Shown: positions 9,535 to 21,899 of the stretch, piece by piece
How the letters are laid out: each line of letters begins with the position of its first letter
Position numbering within the stretch: position 1 is the stretch's first letter
Source: Pseudomonadota bacterium
Lineage (GTDB): Bacteria; Desulfobacterota; RBG-13-43-22
Reading direction: 5' to 3'
DNA length: 41,081 nt
NCBI GenBank assembly: GCA_043798385.1
Contig: JAZDOU010000036.1
Span: 1-41,081, forward strand
Made by a program: the position numbers and the translations under genes
Notes under the pieces: model-generated
Told to the model about the DNA's origin: nothing
Databases searched by the model: none
Seen by the model: the letters and a program-made list of their open reading frames with translations, nothing else

Positions 9535-11097
9535 TTAGGTTCTTTTGTTGACTCGATTGATTTGGGCTACCAGTTTATCGACCGGGGAAAGCTGGATCTC
9601 CGCCACCTTCATCTCTTTAGGCCCTTCGGCACAAACCGTTTCTTTTCCGGCCTCTCGTTTGGCCTTTTCAGCCGCCCGGGCGGCTACCAAGGCCTCTTCC
9701 TCGGCCTGGGCCTTGGCTTTGGCCTCGGCCTTGGCCTTTAGTTCGGCCTCCTCTTTGGCCTTGGCTTCGGCTTGGGCCTTGGCTTTGGCTTCCTCTTCCG
9801 CTTTGCCCCGAGCTTCGGCCTCGGCTTTGGCCCTGGCTTCCGCTTCCAACTTGGCCTTGGCTTCCGCCTCGGCCTTCATTTTGGCTTCTTCTTCGGCCGA
9901 TATCCTGGCAGGCTCTTCCACCTTTGGGGCAACGGCCTGAGGGACAGCCGGTTCGGCCGGAGGAGCGGCTTTGACCGGAGCCGCCTTGGGGGCCGCCGCT
10001 TCTTTGGCCTTGGCCGGGGCGGCTTTCTTTTCTTCCTTCACCGGCTCGGCTGCGGCCGCCTTGGCCGTCTTGACTATTTCAGGATAATCTCCCTGGGGTT
10101 TAACGTTCAGGGCCTTCAGTTTAGCCGCCAGATCGGCCGGGCTTAGATCCAAATCCCCGGTAATCATCTGGTCCATTATCTTTTTGACCAGCTTGACGGT
10201 TTCGGGATGTCTCAAAATCATAATGTCCGACCCGGCCAGTAAATAGGAGACCGCCGCTACGGCTTCCATCAGAACCCCGCGTTTGGTTGCTTCTCCCAAA
10301 GTGGGGGCTTCCTCTGCGGTCAGTTTGGCCTCTTTGGACTTCCAGACTTCATTTCCAATATTATTGATCATCGGATATTGGAGTTTTTCATCTTCCTGCG
10401 CCAAAGCGGCCATGCGAATCCGCTCCATCACCGAATAGGAATACTCCAACCCGTAACCAAGTCCGCCGGTAGTCGGATCGATGACGATTTTCTCTCTGGG
10501 CACTCCTAAATTTTCCAATAATATGTTCAGTTGCTTGGCCAGATTGACGTCAATCGGCGTTGAGGCGATCAGGGTATGATTATACCCCAAGGCCGAGGCA
10601 CCAATCTGCTTATGGTTTCCTTCCGCCACCGGACCAAGGGTTAAATTTTGTCCCTGGCAATCCTCTGCAATTTTTCGAAGGACGTCAGTGTCCTTTTTTT
10701 CATTCCCTGATCCCCAGACAATAACCGGGACCTTGACTGCCTTTAAAACCTTTTTAACAACCGCAGAGGCCTCCTCCGGGCCTTTATCCAATCCGTTAGG
10801 GTCGGTACTTTTAAGTTGAACAACAATGGCTTCCGCCCCAAATTTCTCCACACACTTTTTGGCCCAAGCCGCTGGATCATCTAAGACATCGGCAAAGGGG
10901 GCCATGGCTGATTCCGGCCAGTCGTCCGGTCTAATGTCCCATATTTCCATGGCAATTTTTGGGGGATGGGGCATCTGCCCTTCAAACAAGTGAAAGGGAT
11001 AGGCGCTCTCCCCCCCGACAGTAATGGGAGAAGATTTTCCGATGGCAACCTCATTTATTTTTCCCGAATAGGAAGTTTTAGGAATTTCAAAGGCCAA
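9535..11097 (-). CDS. acsD: corrinoid iron-sulfur protein small (delta) subunit with a long low-complexity C-terminal extension
   Basis: TTG start with GGAGGG 7 nt upstream. The first ~310 aa look like the AcsD TIM-barrel subunit. Residues ~313-520 are a P/A/K linker, an (A/E/K)n repeat and a 45-aa tail. Confidence 0.85.
   Translation of the reverse strand: MAFEIPKTSYSGKINEVAIGKSSPITVGGESAYPFHLFEGQMPHPPKIAMEIWDIRPDDWPESAMAPFADVLDDPAAWAKKCVEKFGAEAIVVQLKSTDPNGLDKGPEEASAVVKKVLKAVKVPVIVWGSGNEKKDTDVLRKIAEDCQGQNLTLGPVAEGNHKQIGASALGYNHTLIASTPIDVNLAKQLNILLENLGVPREKIVIDPTTGGLGYGLEYSYSVMERIRMAALAQEDEKLQYPMINNIGNEVWKSKEAKLTAEEAPTLGEATKRGVLMEAVAAVSYLLAGSDIMILRHPETVKLVKKIMDQMITGDLDLSPADLAAKLKALNVKPQGDYPEIVKTAKAAAAEPVKEEKKAAPAKAKEAAAPKAAPVKAAPPAEPAVPQAVAPKVEEPARISAEEEAKMKAEAEAKAKLEAEARAKAEAEARGKAEEEAKAKAQAEAKAKEEAELKAKAEAKAKAQAEEEALVAARAAEKAKREAGKETVCAEGPKEMKVAEIQLSPVDKLVAQINRVNKRT
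9690..9900. repeat. cryptic tandem repeat with hexamer periodicity, coding
   Basis: Runs of GGCCTTGGCTTYGGCYTC-type units that encode AEAKAKAEA repeats of the AcsD tail on the - strand. Confidence 0.8.
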
Positions 11098-11306
11098 TGG
11101 TATTCCCTCCTTTTTTTGAAGTTTACTGATATAGGTTTAACTTATTGATTAGATACCCCGAAGCAGGCATCAGGATTTCTCTGGGGAAGATCTTGCATTC
11201 TCAAAGAGTAAGACCTGGCCTTCGGCGGACGGATATTTATCCATCTTAGTTCGAAAATAGAATCTGGGGTCCACCGGTCCTCTGTCCTATTTTCATGCTT
11301 CGTGGT

Positions 11307-11330
11307 GTCACGCCCCTCGCGGGGCATGAC
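11307..11330. repeat. REP-like GC-rich hairpin
   Basis: GTCACGCCCC TCGC GGGGCATGAC, a 10-bp stem with one G-U or mismatch position. It lies in the cooC-acsD spacer. Confidence 0.5.
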
Positions 11331-11466
11331 CGCTTAATATGTGAATTTTTTTACTTAATGGAAACTTCTATGTTTGTCAAGAAAAAATGAACACCTTTAT
11401 CGGCTTGGTAAGGCCTCTTTTAAGACCTTAACCGGGGAGGGTGAATCATTTCGAAGTGCTGCCCTC

Positions 11467-12219
11467 TTAAAATAATAAATCAAACAGCTTAAAAGCTGTG
11501 GAGCGGGCCCGGGAATGCTCCGGCAGGGTACTGGTTGGTTTACCCTCTTTGTCAAACTCATAAATCAAATCATCCTTGGGGATAACTCCCAATAGAGATA
11601 ATCCCTGGTCTTTCAATAAAGTTTCCCATTCCTGGGTCTCTAATAGATCCTCTTTTTCGGCCAGATTTATGATGACCAATTTTTTCTCTATCTTCATTCC
11701 TAATTCCTGGGTCAAGTCCCCTATGCGGACGGCGGCCTGGAGGCCCCGGCGGGAACTATCTGATACAATCAACAAGACATCTATCTCCCGAGTAGTCAGT
11801 CGACTGATATGTTCCATCCCGGCCTCATTATCGACGACCAGATAGGGATAGTTTTCAGATAATTTTTCAATAAATTGAGTAAGTAAGGTATTTGCTGCGC
11901 AATAACAACCCTGCCCTTCCGGTCTTCCCATGACGATCAGATCAAAGCCTTCGGCCTCCACCAGAGACTCTTGAATCCTCATTTCCATAAAAATGTCTTT
12001 GGTCATACCGGGTAAGCCACCTTTTTTCATCTCCTCCCGGGCTTCACCGATCGTCTGGCGGACCGAAACCCCCAAGACTTCATTCAAATTGGCATTGGCG
12101 TCGGCATCAACGGCCAGGACCGGTTTTTTCCCTTTTTCAACCAGATAACGGATCAACAGCCCGGCCATAGTTGTTTTGCCGGTCCCCCCTTTTCCAGCCA
12201 ACGCGATGGTATAACTCAT
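11467..12219 (-). CDS. cooC: CODH/ACS nickel-insertion accessory ATPase (CooC/AcsF type)
   Basis: 250-aa ORF with the deviant Walker A GKGGTGKTT and the CxC metal motif (GCYCAAN). Its start overlaps the acsV stop (TAATG), with a GGAGGT RBS. Confidence 0.9.
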   Translation of the reverse strand: MSYTIALAGKGGTGKTTMAGLLIRYLVEKGKKPVLAVDADANANLNEVLGVSVRQTIGEAREEMKKGGLPGMTKDIFMEMRIQESLVEAEGFDLIVMGRPEGQGCYCAANTLLTQFIEKLSENYPYLVVDNEAGMEHISRLTTREIDVLLIVSDSSRRGLQAAVRIGDLTQELGMKIEKKLVIINLAEKEDLLETQEWETLLKDQGLSLLGVIPKDDLIYEFDKEGKPTSTLPEHSRARSTAFKLFDLLF

Positions 12220-14189
12220 TATTGTTTTACCTCCGAATAGCCAACCCTCATTTCCATACAGGAAACCCTATCAAAAACCTTTGGAAACAGTTTTTTGTCG
12301 GTATGGGGTAAAAAAAGGGCGGCGATATAGTTATTCATGAAATTATTATTTTCACTTAATTCAATATTGGTAATTTTATTGAATATCCTTTTTACGTCGG
12401 TTCTGAGAATATTAGAAAAACAGACTAAACGAGCCCCCAGAAGGGATCCGTTTCCGATAAATTTAAATTTAGATAAAGGCAGTTCAGGTAATAACCCAAT
12501 GGTAATCGATTTTTCAATATTAATATAATTGCCGAACCCTCCGGCAATAATGACCTCTTCCAAATCATTCATAGTCAACCCGACTTCACTTAAAAGGGTA
12601 ATATAACCGGCATACATGGCCCCCTTGGCCCGGATCAGGTTATCAATATCCACCTCGGTAATGACAATATCTTGTTTAACCTGAGTATCTTCAGCCCAGG
12701 CCAGGACATATTCCCGTCCGTCACTGCCCTCTCGAATCCGATCGGTATTTAATCCAGTCCTGAATTTTCCGTTCTGATCCAAAATACAGGTTTCCAGCAA
12801 GCCGGCCACGATATTGATGAGCCCTGAACCACAAATTCCCTTGGGTTTAACCATCCCAACAGTAATAATCATGGGTTCAAAATTTGTTGGGTTGATACTA
12901 AAATCTTCTATGGCCCCTTCTGTGGCCCTCATGCCATGTTTGATTCCCCCACCTTCAAAGGCCGGGCCTGCCGAACAGGCCGAACAGGTCATCCATTCGG
13001 AATTCCCGATAACGATCTCCCCGTTTGTTCCCAGATCGATATAAAGGGTCAGTTTGTCTTGTCGGAACATCCCTGATCCCATTACCCCGGCAATAACATC
13101 TCCTCCCACATAACTGGAGATAGAAGGAAATAAGTAGGCCTGAACATGCTCATCCAAATGTATCCCTAACTCTTTGGCCCGGACAGGAGGAATATAATTC
13201 ATGGGTGGGGTATAGGGTGTTTCACGAATATAACGAGGATCAATCCCCAAGAACAAATGGGCCATAGTGGTGTTTCCAGCTATGGTCATATGGGTAATAC
13301 TTTCCTGGGGGATTTTACTTTTTTTCATCAATTGTTTAATAATCCCATTAATAGTCGATACCACCAGGTCTTTCATTTTTTGCTGACCCTCTGGCTTCTG
13401 ACTATAAACGATTCGGGAAATGACGTCTTCTCCATAACTGATTTGAGCATTATATTCGACATGTTGGGCTAATAGTTGGCCGTTGTTGAGATCTAATAAT
13501 TGACCCCAAACCGTTGTTGTTCCAATGTCAATGGCAACGGCATTGTTTTGCTGGGAGGTATCTCCGGGTTCGATGTTGACTAAGGAGGTCTTTCCTCCTT
13601 TTTTTCTTGGAATTCCAATTGTTAAGGTAACTTTCCATTCCCCTTGCCTTAATACGGAAGATAATTTCCGAATAACATAAAATTCCACATCTAAATTATG
13701 GATACCATGAATTTGTTTTAAGGAACGCACTACCCGGGATAAATCACTGATATTATCAGATAGGGTTGGAGGGTTGACCTCGATATATTTTTTTTCAATG
13801 GGGGGATGAAACTTTCCGTCCACAATCAGGTCTTCTATCTTGATTTGAGAGACCACCTGCCAGGCCCCGGTTTGAGGGCGCTCCCTATCCAAAACCTTTC
13901 GGTCTAACTGTGATTCTACAGGTATGGTGACTTCCAGGTCGCTGACAACTTTGCTCTTACAGGCCTGTCGGACCCCCAGGGCATAATCTTCCGGGGTCAG
14001 TTTTTCTGTCCTTTCACTTTCCACTTCCCCTTTATCTATTATTATCCGGCATTTTCCACAAACCCCTTCTCCTCCACAAGAAGCGTTTATGTGGACCCCG
14101 GCCCTCATAGCGGCCCTTAATAAATTTTCACCCTCAGGGACAACTACTTCAACATTATCCGGATTAAAAAGGATTCTTCTTTCTGTCAT
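12219..14189 (-). CDS. acsV: reductive activator of corrinoid Fe-S protein (RACo; 2Fe-2S ferredoxin plus ASKHA ATPase)
   Basis: 656-aa ORF. It has an N-terminal plant-type ferredoxin motif CGGEGVCGKCR, a large ASKHA-like domain, and is the first gene of the acs cluster. Confidence 0.85.
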   Translation of the reverse strand: MTERRILFNPDNVEVVVPEGENLLRAAMRAGVHINASCGGEGVCGKCRIIIDKGEVESERTEKLTPEDYALGVRQACKSKVVSDLEVTIPVESQLDRKVLDRERPQTGAWQVVSQIKIEDLIVDGKFHPPIEKKYIEVNPPTLSDNISDLSRVVRSLKQIHGIHNLDVEFYVIRKLSSVLRQGEWKVTLTIGIPRKKGGKTSLVNIEPGDTSQQNNAVAIDIGTTTVWGQLLDLNNGQLLAQHVEYNAQISYGEDVISRIVYSQKPEGQQKMKDLVVSTINGIIKQLMKKSKIPQESITHMTIAGNTTMAHLFLGIDPRYIRETPYTPPMNYIPPVRAKELGIHLDEHVQAYLFPSISSYVGGDVIAGVMGSGMFRQDKLTLYIDLGTNGEIVIGNSEWMTCSACSAGPAFEGGGIKHGMRATEGAIEDFSINPTNFEPMIITVGMVKPKGICGSGLINIVAGLLETCILDQNGKFRTGLNTDRIREGSDGREYVLAWAEDTQVKQDIVITEVDIDNLIRAKGAMYAGYITLLSEVGLTMNDLEEVIIAGGFGNYINIEKSITIGLLPELPLSKFKFIGNGSLLGARLVCFSNILRTDVKRIFNKITNIELSENNNFMNNYIAALFLPHTDKKLFPKVFDRVSCMEMRVGYSEVKQ

Positions 14190-14215
14190 TTTTTTTTAAC
14201 CCCTTTCCCCTCCCT

Positions 14216-14244
14216 TCATTAAAAGACCTTCCTGTTTTTGTCAA
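14216..14244 (-). promoter_or_regulatory. candidate sigma70-type promoter of the acs operon
   Basis: On the - strand: TTGACA (14244-14239), a 17-nt spacer, then TAATGA (14221-14216). A GGGAGGGG RBS and the ATG at 14189 follow. Confidence 0.45.
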
Positions 14245-14601
14245 GTAAATAGGAAAGGTTATCAGGTGTCTTCCTTAAGGGATCTACTTTTAAGTTGCTT
14301 TTGAAATTATTTTCTTATATAAGTAATTGACAAGTTTCTTTGAGGAATCAGTAAATTATGACCTATTTAAAATTATCAGAAAACAAAAGAAAAAGAATTT
14401 TAAAAAACCTTTTTTTTCTCAAATCCATCAGTCTTTATTTTTTTTAGTCGGGAGTTATTCAATAAGATATTAAATAGGCTTTTAATATTTTTTAATAATT
14501 ATTTTAATAAGATGTCTTACTTATTCCAGTATTTTGTTATTTTATTATAACAACTAAAAAGATTTCTAAAAAGAAACTAATTATAAAAAGGAGAATGCTT
14601 T

Positions 14602-15741
14602 ATGGAATTGACTATTCCCAAACCAGCCCTTTTAGAGGCATTACAAATAACCCAAGGGATAGTGGAAAAAAGAAGTTCCATGCCCATTCTCTCCAATGTC
14701 CTGATTGAAACCAGCGCTGAAGGGATTCAGTTGGTTGCCACGGATCTGCAAGTCGGAATACGGTTACAATGCCCGGCTCAGGTCATTAATCCCGGCGGGA
14801 TATCTATTTTAGCTAGAAAATTTTATGAAATTGTACGAGAACTTCCAGGTGAGGAAATTTATTTAAAACTTAACGAAAATAATAGATTATTAATATCAAG
14901 TCAAGGAGCCCAGTTTAATATCGTCGGCTTACCGACGGCGGATTTTCCGGCCTTGCCGGAAGCCGACTTAAAAAAAACCATGACCCTGGAGGGATCCATC
15001 TTACGGGATATGATTTTAAAGACCATTATTTCCGTCTCCCCGGATGAAGGGCGTTATAATTTATCCGGGATCTATTTTGAATATTTAAAACAAGAAGAGA
15101 AAAATATCCTCCGAATGGTTTCAACCGATGGACATCGGTTAACACTTATAGATAAACCCATCGAAGAATTAGAAGAGGGTCTTTTTACAAAAGGGGTTTT
15201 ATTACCCCGGAAGGCCGTATCTGAATTATTAAAGATTTTGGAAAAACCAGGGCCGGTAAAATTTGGGTTTAAGGAGTCCTTTGGGGTTTTCCATAAAGAA
15301 GAAACTTTAATGATCATGCGATTATTAGAAAGCAATTTTCCGGATTATAACCTGGTCTTACCAAAGAAAAAGGAAAAGTCGCTCAGTATTTCTAAAAATA
15401 CCCTGATTGACACCATGAAAAGAATGGCGGTCTTGTCAACCGATAAATATAAGGTAGTAAAATTTTCTTTGACCGCAGGAAATTTAGAAATTCAATCGAT
15501 TAATCCGGATCTTGGAGACGCCAAAGAAACCTTATCTCTGGAATATAAAGGGAATAAATTAGAGGTAGGCTTCAATGCCCGGTTCTTTATTGATGCCCTC
15601 CAGGTTATGGAAAGTGAAACCATCATTGTGGAATTAAGTGATTCCGTGAGTCCGGCAATAGTCCATGGAGAAAACGATCCTGGATTTCAGGCGTTGATTA
15701 TGCCCATGAAGCTTATGGAAGAATCAGGGGAAATTCATTAA
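14602..15741 (+). CDS. dnaN: DNA polymerase III beta sliding clamp
   Basis: 379-aa ORF with an AAGGAGAA RBS. The N-terminus (LLEALQ...VEKRSSMPILSNVLIE) and the length are typical of DnaN. Confidence 0.95.
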   Translation: MELTIPKPALLEALQITQGIVEKRSSMPILSNVLIETSAEGIQLVATDLQVGIRLQCPAQVINPGGISILARKFYEIVRELPGEEIYLKLNENNRLLISSQGAQFNIVGLPTADFPALPEADLKKTMTLEGSILRDMILKTIISVSPDEGRYNLSGIYFEYLKQEEKNILRMVSTDGHRLTLIDKPIEELEEGLFTKGVLLPRKAVSELLKILEKPGPVKFGFKESFGVFHKEETLMIMRLLESNFPDYNLVLPKKKEKSLSISKNTLIDTMKRMAVLSTDKYKVVKFSLTAGNLEIQSINPDLGDAKETLSLEYKGNKLEVGFNARFFIDALQVMESETIIVELSDSVSPAIVHGENDPGFQALIMPMKLMEESGEIH

Positions 15742-15808
15742 TCCCATGCCTTTTGAATTCACCCGAAGATATTTCCTGAGAGTATCTCAAGAGTAATAGT
15801 TCAACTAA

Positions 15809-18265
<2,457 letters not shown>

Positions 18266-18292
18266 AAAACAGGCCATAGGCAAGGAATTTTT

Positions 18293-20740
18293 ATGACGTT
18301 TGTTTCACAAGAACTGCCGACCAATATCGAAGACGAAGTCAAACGCTCCTACATGGATTATGCCATGAGCGTCATTATCGGACGGGCCCTGCCGGATATC
18401 CGGGATGGACTTAAACCCGTACACCGGCGGATCCTCTTTTCCATGCGGGAACTGGGCAACGACTATAACAAAGCCTATAAAAAATCAGCTCGCATTGTCG
18501 GGGATGTGATCGGAAAATATCATCCCCACGGAGACACGGCCGTGTACGATACCATCGTGCGCCTGGCCCAGGATTTTTCCTTGCGCTACCCTTTGGTGGA
18601 TGGACAGGGAAATTTTGGTTCGGTGGACGGAGATTCGGCGGCAGCCATGCGATACACCGAAATCCGCATGACCCGTCTGGCCCATGAATTCCTGGAAGAT
18701 TTAGACAAAGAAACCGTTGAATTTTTACCGAATTATGATGGTTCTTTAATGGAGCCATCCATTCTTCCCACCCAGGTCCCCAACCTCCTGATCAACGGTT
18801 CCTCGGGGATCGCGGTAGGTATGGCCACCAACATCCCGCCCCACAATCTAACGGAAATCGTCGCCGGGCTACTGGCCTTGATCGACAATCCGGACCTGCC
18901 GTTTGAGGAATTAATCCGCCTGATCCCCGGTCCTGATTTTCCAACGGCCGGTTTTATTTACGGAAGTGGTGGGATCCTCCAGGCCTACCAGACCGGCCGA
19001 GGCATTATTAAACTGAGGGCCAGGGCCTTGATTGAAAAAAAGAAGACCCAGGGCCGGGAAAGCATTATTGTCACCGAATTACCCTACCAGGTCAACAAGG
19101 CTAAATTGATCGAAAAAATTGCCGAGTTGGTCAAGGAAAAGAAGATTGAAGGCATTCAGGATATCCGTGACGAATCCGATCGGGAAGGCATGCGAATTGT
19201 TATCGATCTAAAAAAAGACGAGGTCGTGGAAATCATCCTGAACCAACTTTATAAATTTACCTCCATGGAAGTTACCTTTGGGATAATCCTTTTGGCCATT
19301 GTCAACAATCGGCCCAAGATTATGGATCTTAAGACCATACTGGTCCATTTCCTGGGCTTTCGCAAGGAGATCATTCGAAAACGGACCATCTTTGAACTAA
19401 AAGAGGCCGAAAAAAGGGCTCATGTTCTGGAAGGGTTGAAGATCGCCTTGGACCACCTGGATGAAGTCATTGCCTTGATCCGAAAGGCCAAAAATCCCGC
19501 TGAGGCCAAGGTCCAGTTGATCAGCCGGTTTTCCTTTTCCGATATTCAAGCCCAATCTATTTTAGAGATGCGCCTTCAGCGGTTGACCAACCTGGAGAGA
19601 GAAAAGATACTCCACGATTATACGGAAATTATTAAGACCATCGAACGGCTGAAATCTATATTGGCCAGCGAGGCCCTTATTTTGCAGTTGATCCGGGAGG
19701 AATTAGCCGAGCTGAAAAAACGCTATGGGGATGAACGGCGAACGGAGATTATTGAAGATACCACCGAGATCAAGCTGGAAGACCTGATCGTCGAAGAAGA
19801 CATGGCGGTGACCATTTCCCATGGCGGTTATATCAAAAGGAATCCCATAAGTCTTTATCGCAGTCAAAGACGGGGCGGGCGGGGCATCACCGGCATGGAA
19901 ACCAAAGAAGATGATTTTGTCGAACACCTCTTTGTGGCCTCCACCCATTACTATTTTCTTTTCTTTACCAATCTGGGGCGACTCTACTGGTTGAAGGTCC
20001 ACGAAATCCCCCAGGCCGGGCGCCTGGCCCGGGGCAAGGCCATGGTCAACGTATTGAATCTCCAGTCTCAGGAAAAAGTGGCGACGACTTTACCGATCCG
20101 CTCCTTTGAGGAGGGGAAATCCGTGATTATGGTGACCCGAAAGGGGATGATCAAGAAGACGGATCTGATGTCCTTTAGCCGGCCCCGATCGGGCGGAATT
20201 ATTGCCACAACCATCCAGGAGGGGGACGAATTGATAGCCGCTGATGTCACCCATGGGGCCCAGGACATCTTTTTGGGAACCCGCAACGGCCTGTCCATTC
20301 GCTTCAAAGAAAAGGATATTCGAGAAGTAGGACGGATGGCCCAAGGGGTGCGGGGGATCCGTCTGAGTCCGGACGACTGGGTTGTAGGAGTGGAAGTCCT
20401 GTCCCAGGAAGGGACGATCTTGACGGTCACGGAAAATGGCTTTGGCAAACGGACCCGCACGGAAGAATATCGGGAACAGGGCCGGGCCGGTAAAGGGATT
20501 ATTACCATCAAAACGACCGAAAAAAATGGTCCGGTCGTTGGGGTATTGCAGGTTACCGACGAAGACGATTTGATGATTATCACCGATCGGGGCAAACTAA
20601 TTCGTATGCGGATCAAAGACCTTTCGATCATCGGGAGAAATACTCAAGGGGTCAAATTAATTAATTTGGAAGATCAGGAAAAAGTAGTCAGTGTGGCCCG
20701 TTCTGCAACCCGGGAAGAGGAAAAAGTTGACCCGGAATAA
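18293..20740 (+). CDS. gyrA: DNA gyrase subunit A
   Basis: 815-aa ORF with GKYHPHGD and AAAMRYTE (catalytic Tyr), plus C-terminal beta-pinwheel repeats. Confidence 0.97.
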   Translation: MTFVSQELPTNIEDEVKRSYMDYAMSVIIGRALPDIRDGLKPVHRRILFSMRELGNDYNKAYKKSARIVGDVIGKYHPHGDTAVYDTIVRLAQDFSLRYPLVDGQGNFGSVDGDSAAAMRYTEIRMTRLAHEFLEDLDKETVEFLPNYDGSLMEPSILPTQVPNLLINGSSGIAVGMATNIPPHNLTEIVAGLLALIDNPDLPFEELIRLIPGPDFPTAGFIYGSGGILQAYQTGRGIIKLRARALIEKKKTQGRESIIVTELPYQVNKAKLIEKIAELVKEKKIEGIQDIRDESDREGMRIVIDLKKDEVVEIILNQLYKFTSMEVTFGIILLAIVNNRPKIMDLKTILVHFLGFRKEIIRKRTIFELKEAEKRAHVLEGLKIALDHLDEVIALIRKAKNPAEAKVQLISRFSFSDIQAQSILEMRLQRLTNLEREKILHDYTEIIKTIERLKSILASEALILQLIREELAELKKRYGDERRTEIIEDTTEIKLEDLIVEEDMAVTISHGGYIKRNPISLYRSQRRGGRGITGMETKEDDFVEHLFVASTHYYFLFFTNLGRLYWLKVHEIPQAGRLARGKAMVNVLNLQSQEKVATTLPIRSFEEGKSVIMVTRKGMIKKTDLMSFSRPRSGGIIATTIQEGDELIAADVTHGAQDIFLGTRNGLSIRFKEKDIREVGRMAQGVRGIRLSPDDWVVGVEVLSQEGTILTVTENGFGKRTRTEEYREQGRAGKGIITIKTTEKNGPVVGVLQVTDEDDLMIITDRGKLIRMRIKDLSIIGRNTQGVKLINLEDQEKVVSVARSATREEEKVDPE

Positions 20741-21755
20741 ACCTAAGGTTGAGGTTGGGGTTGTGGGGGCCGGGAGCTGGGGGACGGCCCTGGCCAGGGT
20801 ATTGGCGACAAATGGCCACTCGGTCCATTTATGGGTTTATGAAGAGGAGATAGCGGAGCAAATCAAGAAATATAGGGAGAATAAAACCTTTTTACCGGGA
20901 ATAGCGCTGCCCCAATCCATAGAAGCCACCACACACCTCAGTGAGGTCCTGGATCAAAAAAAACTGTTGATCCTGGCCGTTCCATCCCATTTTTTCCGAG
21001 ATATCCTCAGGCAGATGGCACCTTTCCTTTCGGTGATTAAAAAAGAATGTCTCTGGATCTCAGCCACCAAAGGTATTGAAAACGACACCTTACTGACGAT
21101 GTCCGGTGTGTTAACGGAATTGCTGCCCCCGGAATATCATCCCTTCATCGGCTGTCTTTCCGGCCCCACCTTTGCCAAAGAGGTTTCCAGGGATCTGCCC
21201 GCAGCGGTCACACTGGCTTCGATCCATGACAAGACCGCTGAAAAGGCCCAACGATTTTTATCGAACAGCACCTTCCGGGTCTATACCAATTTAGATCTTA
21301 TCGGGGTGGAACTGGGGGGGGCATTAAAAAATGTGATCGCCCTGGCCGCGGGGATTTCCGATGGGTTGGGTTTGGGTCACAATTCGCGGGCCGCCCTGAT
21401 TACCCGCGGATTGGCGGAGATTTGTCGGCTGGGAGAAAAAATGGGGGCCCGGAGGCCCACTTTTTTCGGCTTAGCCGGTATTGGTGATTTGGTTTTAACC
21501 TGTACAGGGGAACTCAGTAGAAATCGAAGTGTCGGTTTTCGTCTCGGGCAAGGAGAAAAATTACCCGCTATTCTTTCGACCATGACTATGGTCGCGGAAG
21601 GCATCAAAACCACCCGGGCCGCTTATCAATTATCAAATAGACAACAGATTGAGATGCCGATTGTCTCCCAGATATACGGCATTCTGTATGAGGGCTGCGA
21701 CCCGAGACAGTCGGTGAAGGACTTGATGGCCCGGGATTTAAAGGCCGAAGGGTAA
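20727..21755 (+). CDS. gpsA: NAD(P)H-dependent glycerol-3-phosphate dehydrogenase
   Basis: [10 protein letters not shown] dinucleotide fold. I prefer the in-frame TTG at 20727, which follows a GGAAGAGGAAAAAG purine tract. The track ORF begins at 20691 and would overlap gyrA by 50 nt. Confidence 0.88.
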   Translation: MTRNKPKVEVGVVGAGSWGTALARVLATNGHSVHLWVYEEEIAEQIKKYRENKTFLPGIALPQSIEATTHLSEVLDQKKLLILAVPSHFFRDILRQMAPFLSVIKKECLWISATKGIENDTLLTMSGVLTELLPPEYHPFIGCLSGPTFAKEVSRDLPAAVTLASIHDKTAEKAQRFLSNSTFRVYTNLDLIGVELGGALKNVIALAAGISDGLGLGHNSRAALITRGLAEICRLGEKMGARRPTFFGLAGIGDLVLTCTGELSRNRSVGFRLGQGEKLPAILSTMTMVAEGIKTTRAAYQLSNRQQIEMPIVSQIYGILYEGCDPRQSVKDLMARDLKAEG

Positions 21756-21820
21756 CCAGGCTATCATCTCCCTTGGGCACCCTGACAACCTAACCACAAG
21801 ATTTGGTATAGTTAAAAGGG

Positions 21821-21849
21821 TTGACATCAAAACGTTATTATTGTATAAA
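21821..21849 (+). promoter_or_regulatory. sigma70-type promoter for the NlpC/P60 gene
   Basis: TTGACA (21821-21826), a 17-nt spacer, then TATAAA (21844-21849). Confidence 0.55.
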
Positions 21850-21899
21850 AAGGTTCTTCTTCTAAAAACACTTCAACTTTCAAATAAGGAAACCGGCCT

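Noticed and set aside
9690-9900. The repetitive DNA could have been a CRISPR array or another spacer-repeat structure.
   Set aside because: The units are 6-12 nt, degenerate and contiguous, with no unique spacers, and they lie in frame within acsD. This is a coding low-complexity repeat, not a CRISPR array.
9545-10146. Plus-strand ORFs 9545-9940 and 9772-10146, with Ala/Ser/Leu- and Gly/Phe/Arg-rich products, across the acsD repeat.
   Set aside because: They are artefacts of the hexamer-periodic repeat, which is open in several frames. The minus-strand frame is contiguous with a bona fide AcsD domain.
11142-11327. A 61-aa ORF (MPREGRDTT...) in the acs spacer.
   Set aside because: It starts inside the REP-like hairpin and has no RBS. 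Its composition is typical of palindrome-derived spurious ORFs.
11098-11466. A cobalamin or NiCo riboswitch in the cooC-acsD spacer, which would be attractive because CFeSP is B12-dependent and CODH/ACS is Ni-dependent.
   Set aside because: On the - strand there is only a weak AAUAGG...GGUG resemblance to the cobalamin core. I could not recognise a B12 box or a GCCACUG element, and I cannot recall the NiCo consensus well enough to support a match. This needs cmscan.
2716-14189. Treating the CODH/ACS cluster itself as a novel system.
   Set aside because: Every gene matches the well-established carbonyl branch of the Wood-Ljungdahl pathway (AcsA/B/C/D/E, CooC, RACo). Only the AcsD extension and the internal spacer are unusual.
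14190-14601. Calling a definite oriC with DnaA boxes.
   Set aside because: No 8-of-9 or 9-of-9 match to TTATCCACA was found by eye on either strand. I report it only as a hypothesis to test with GC skew.
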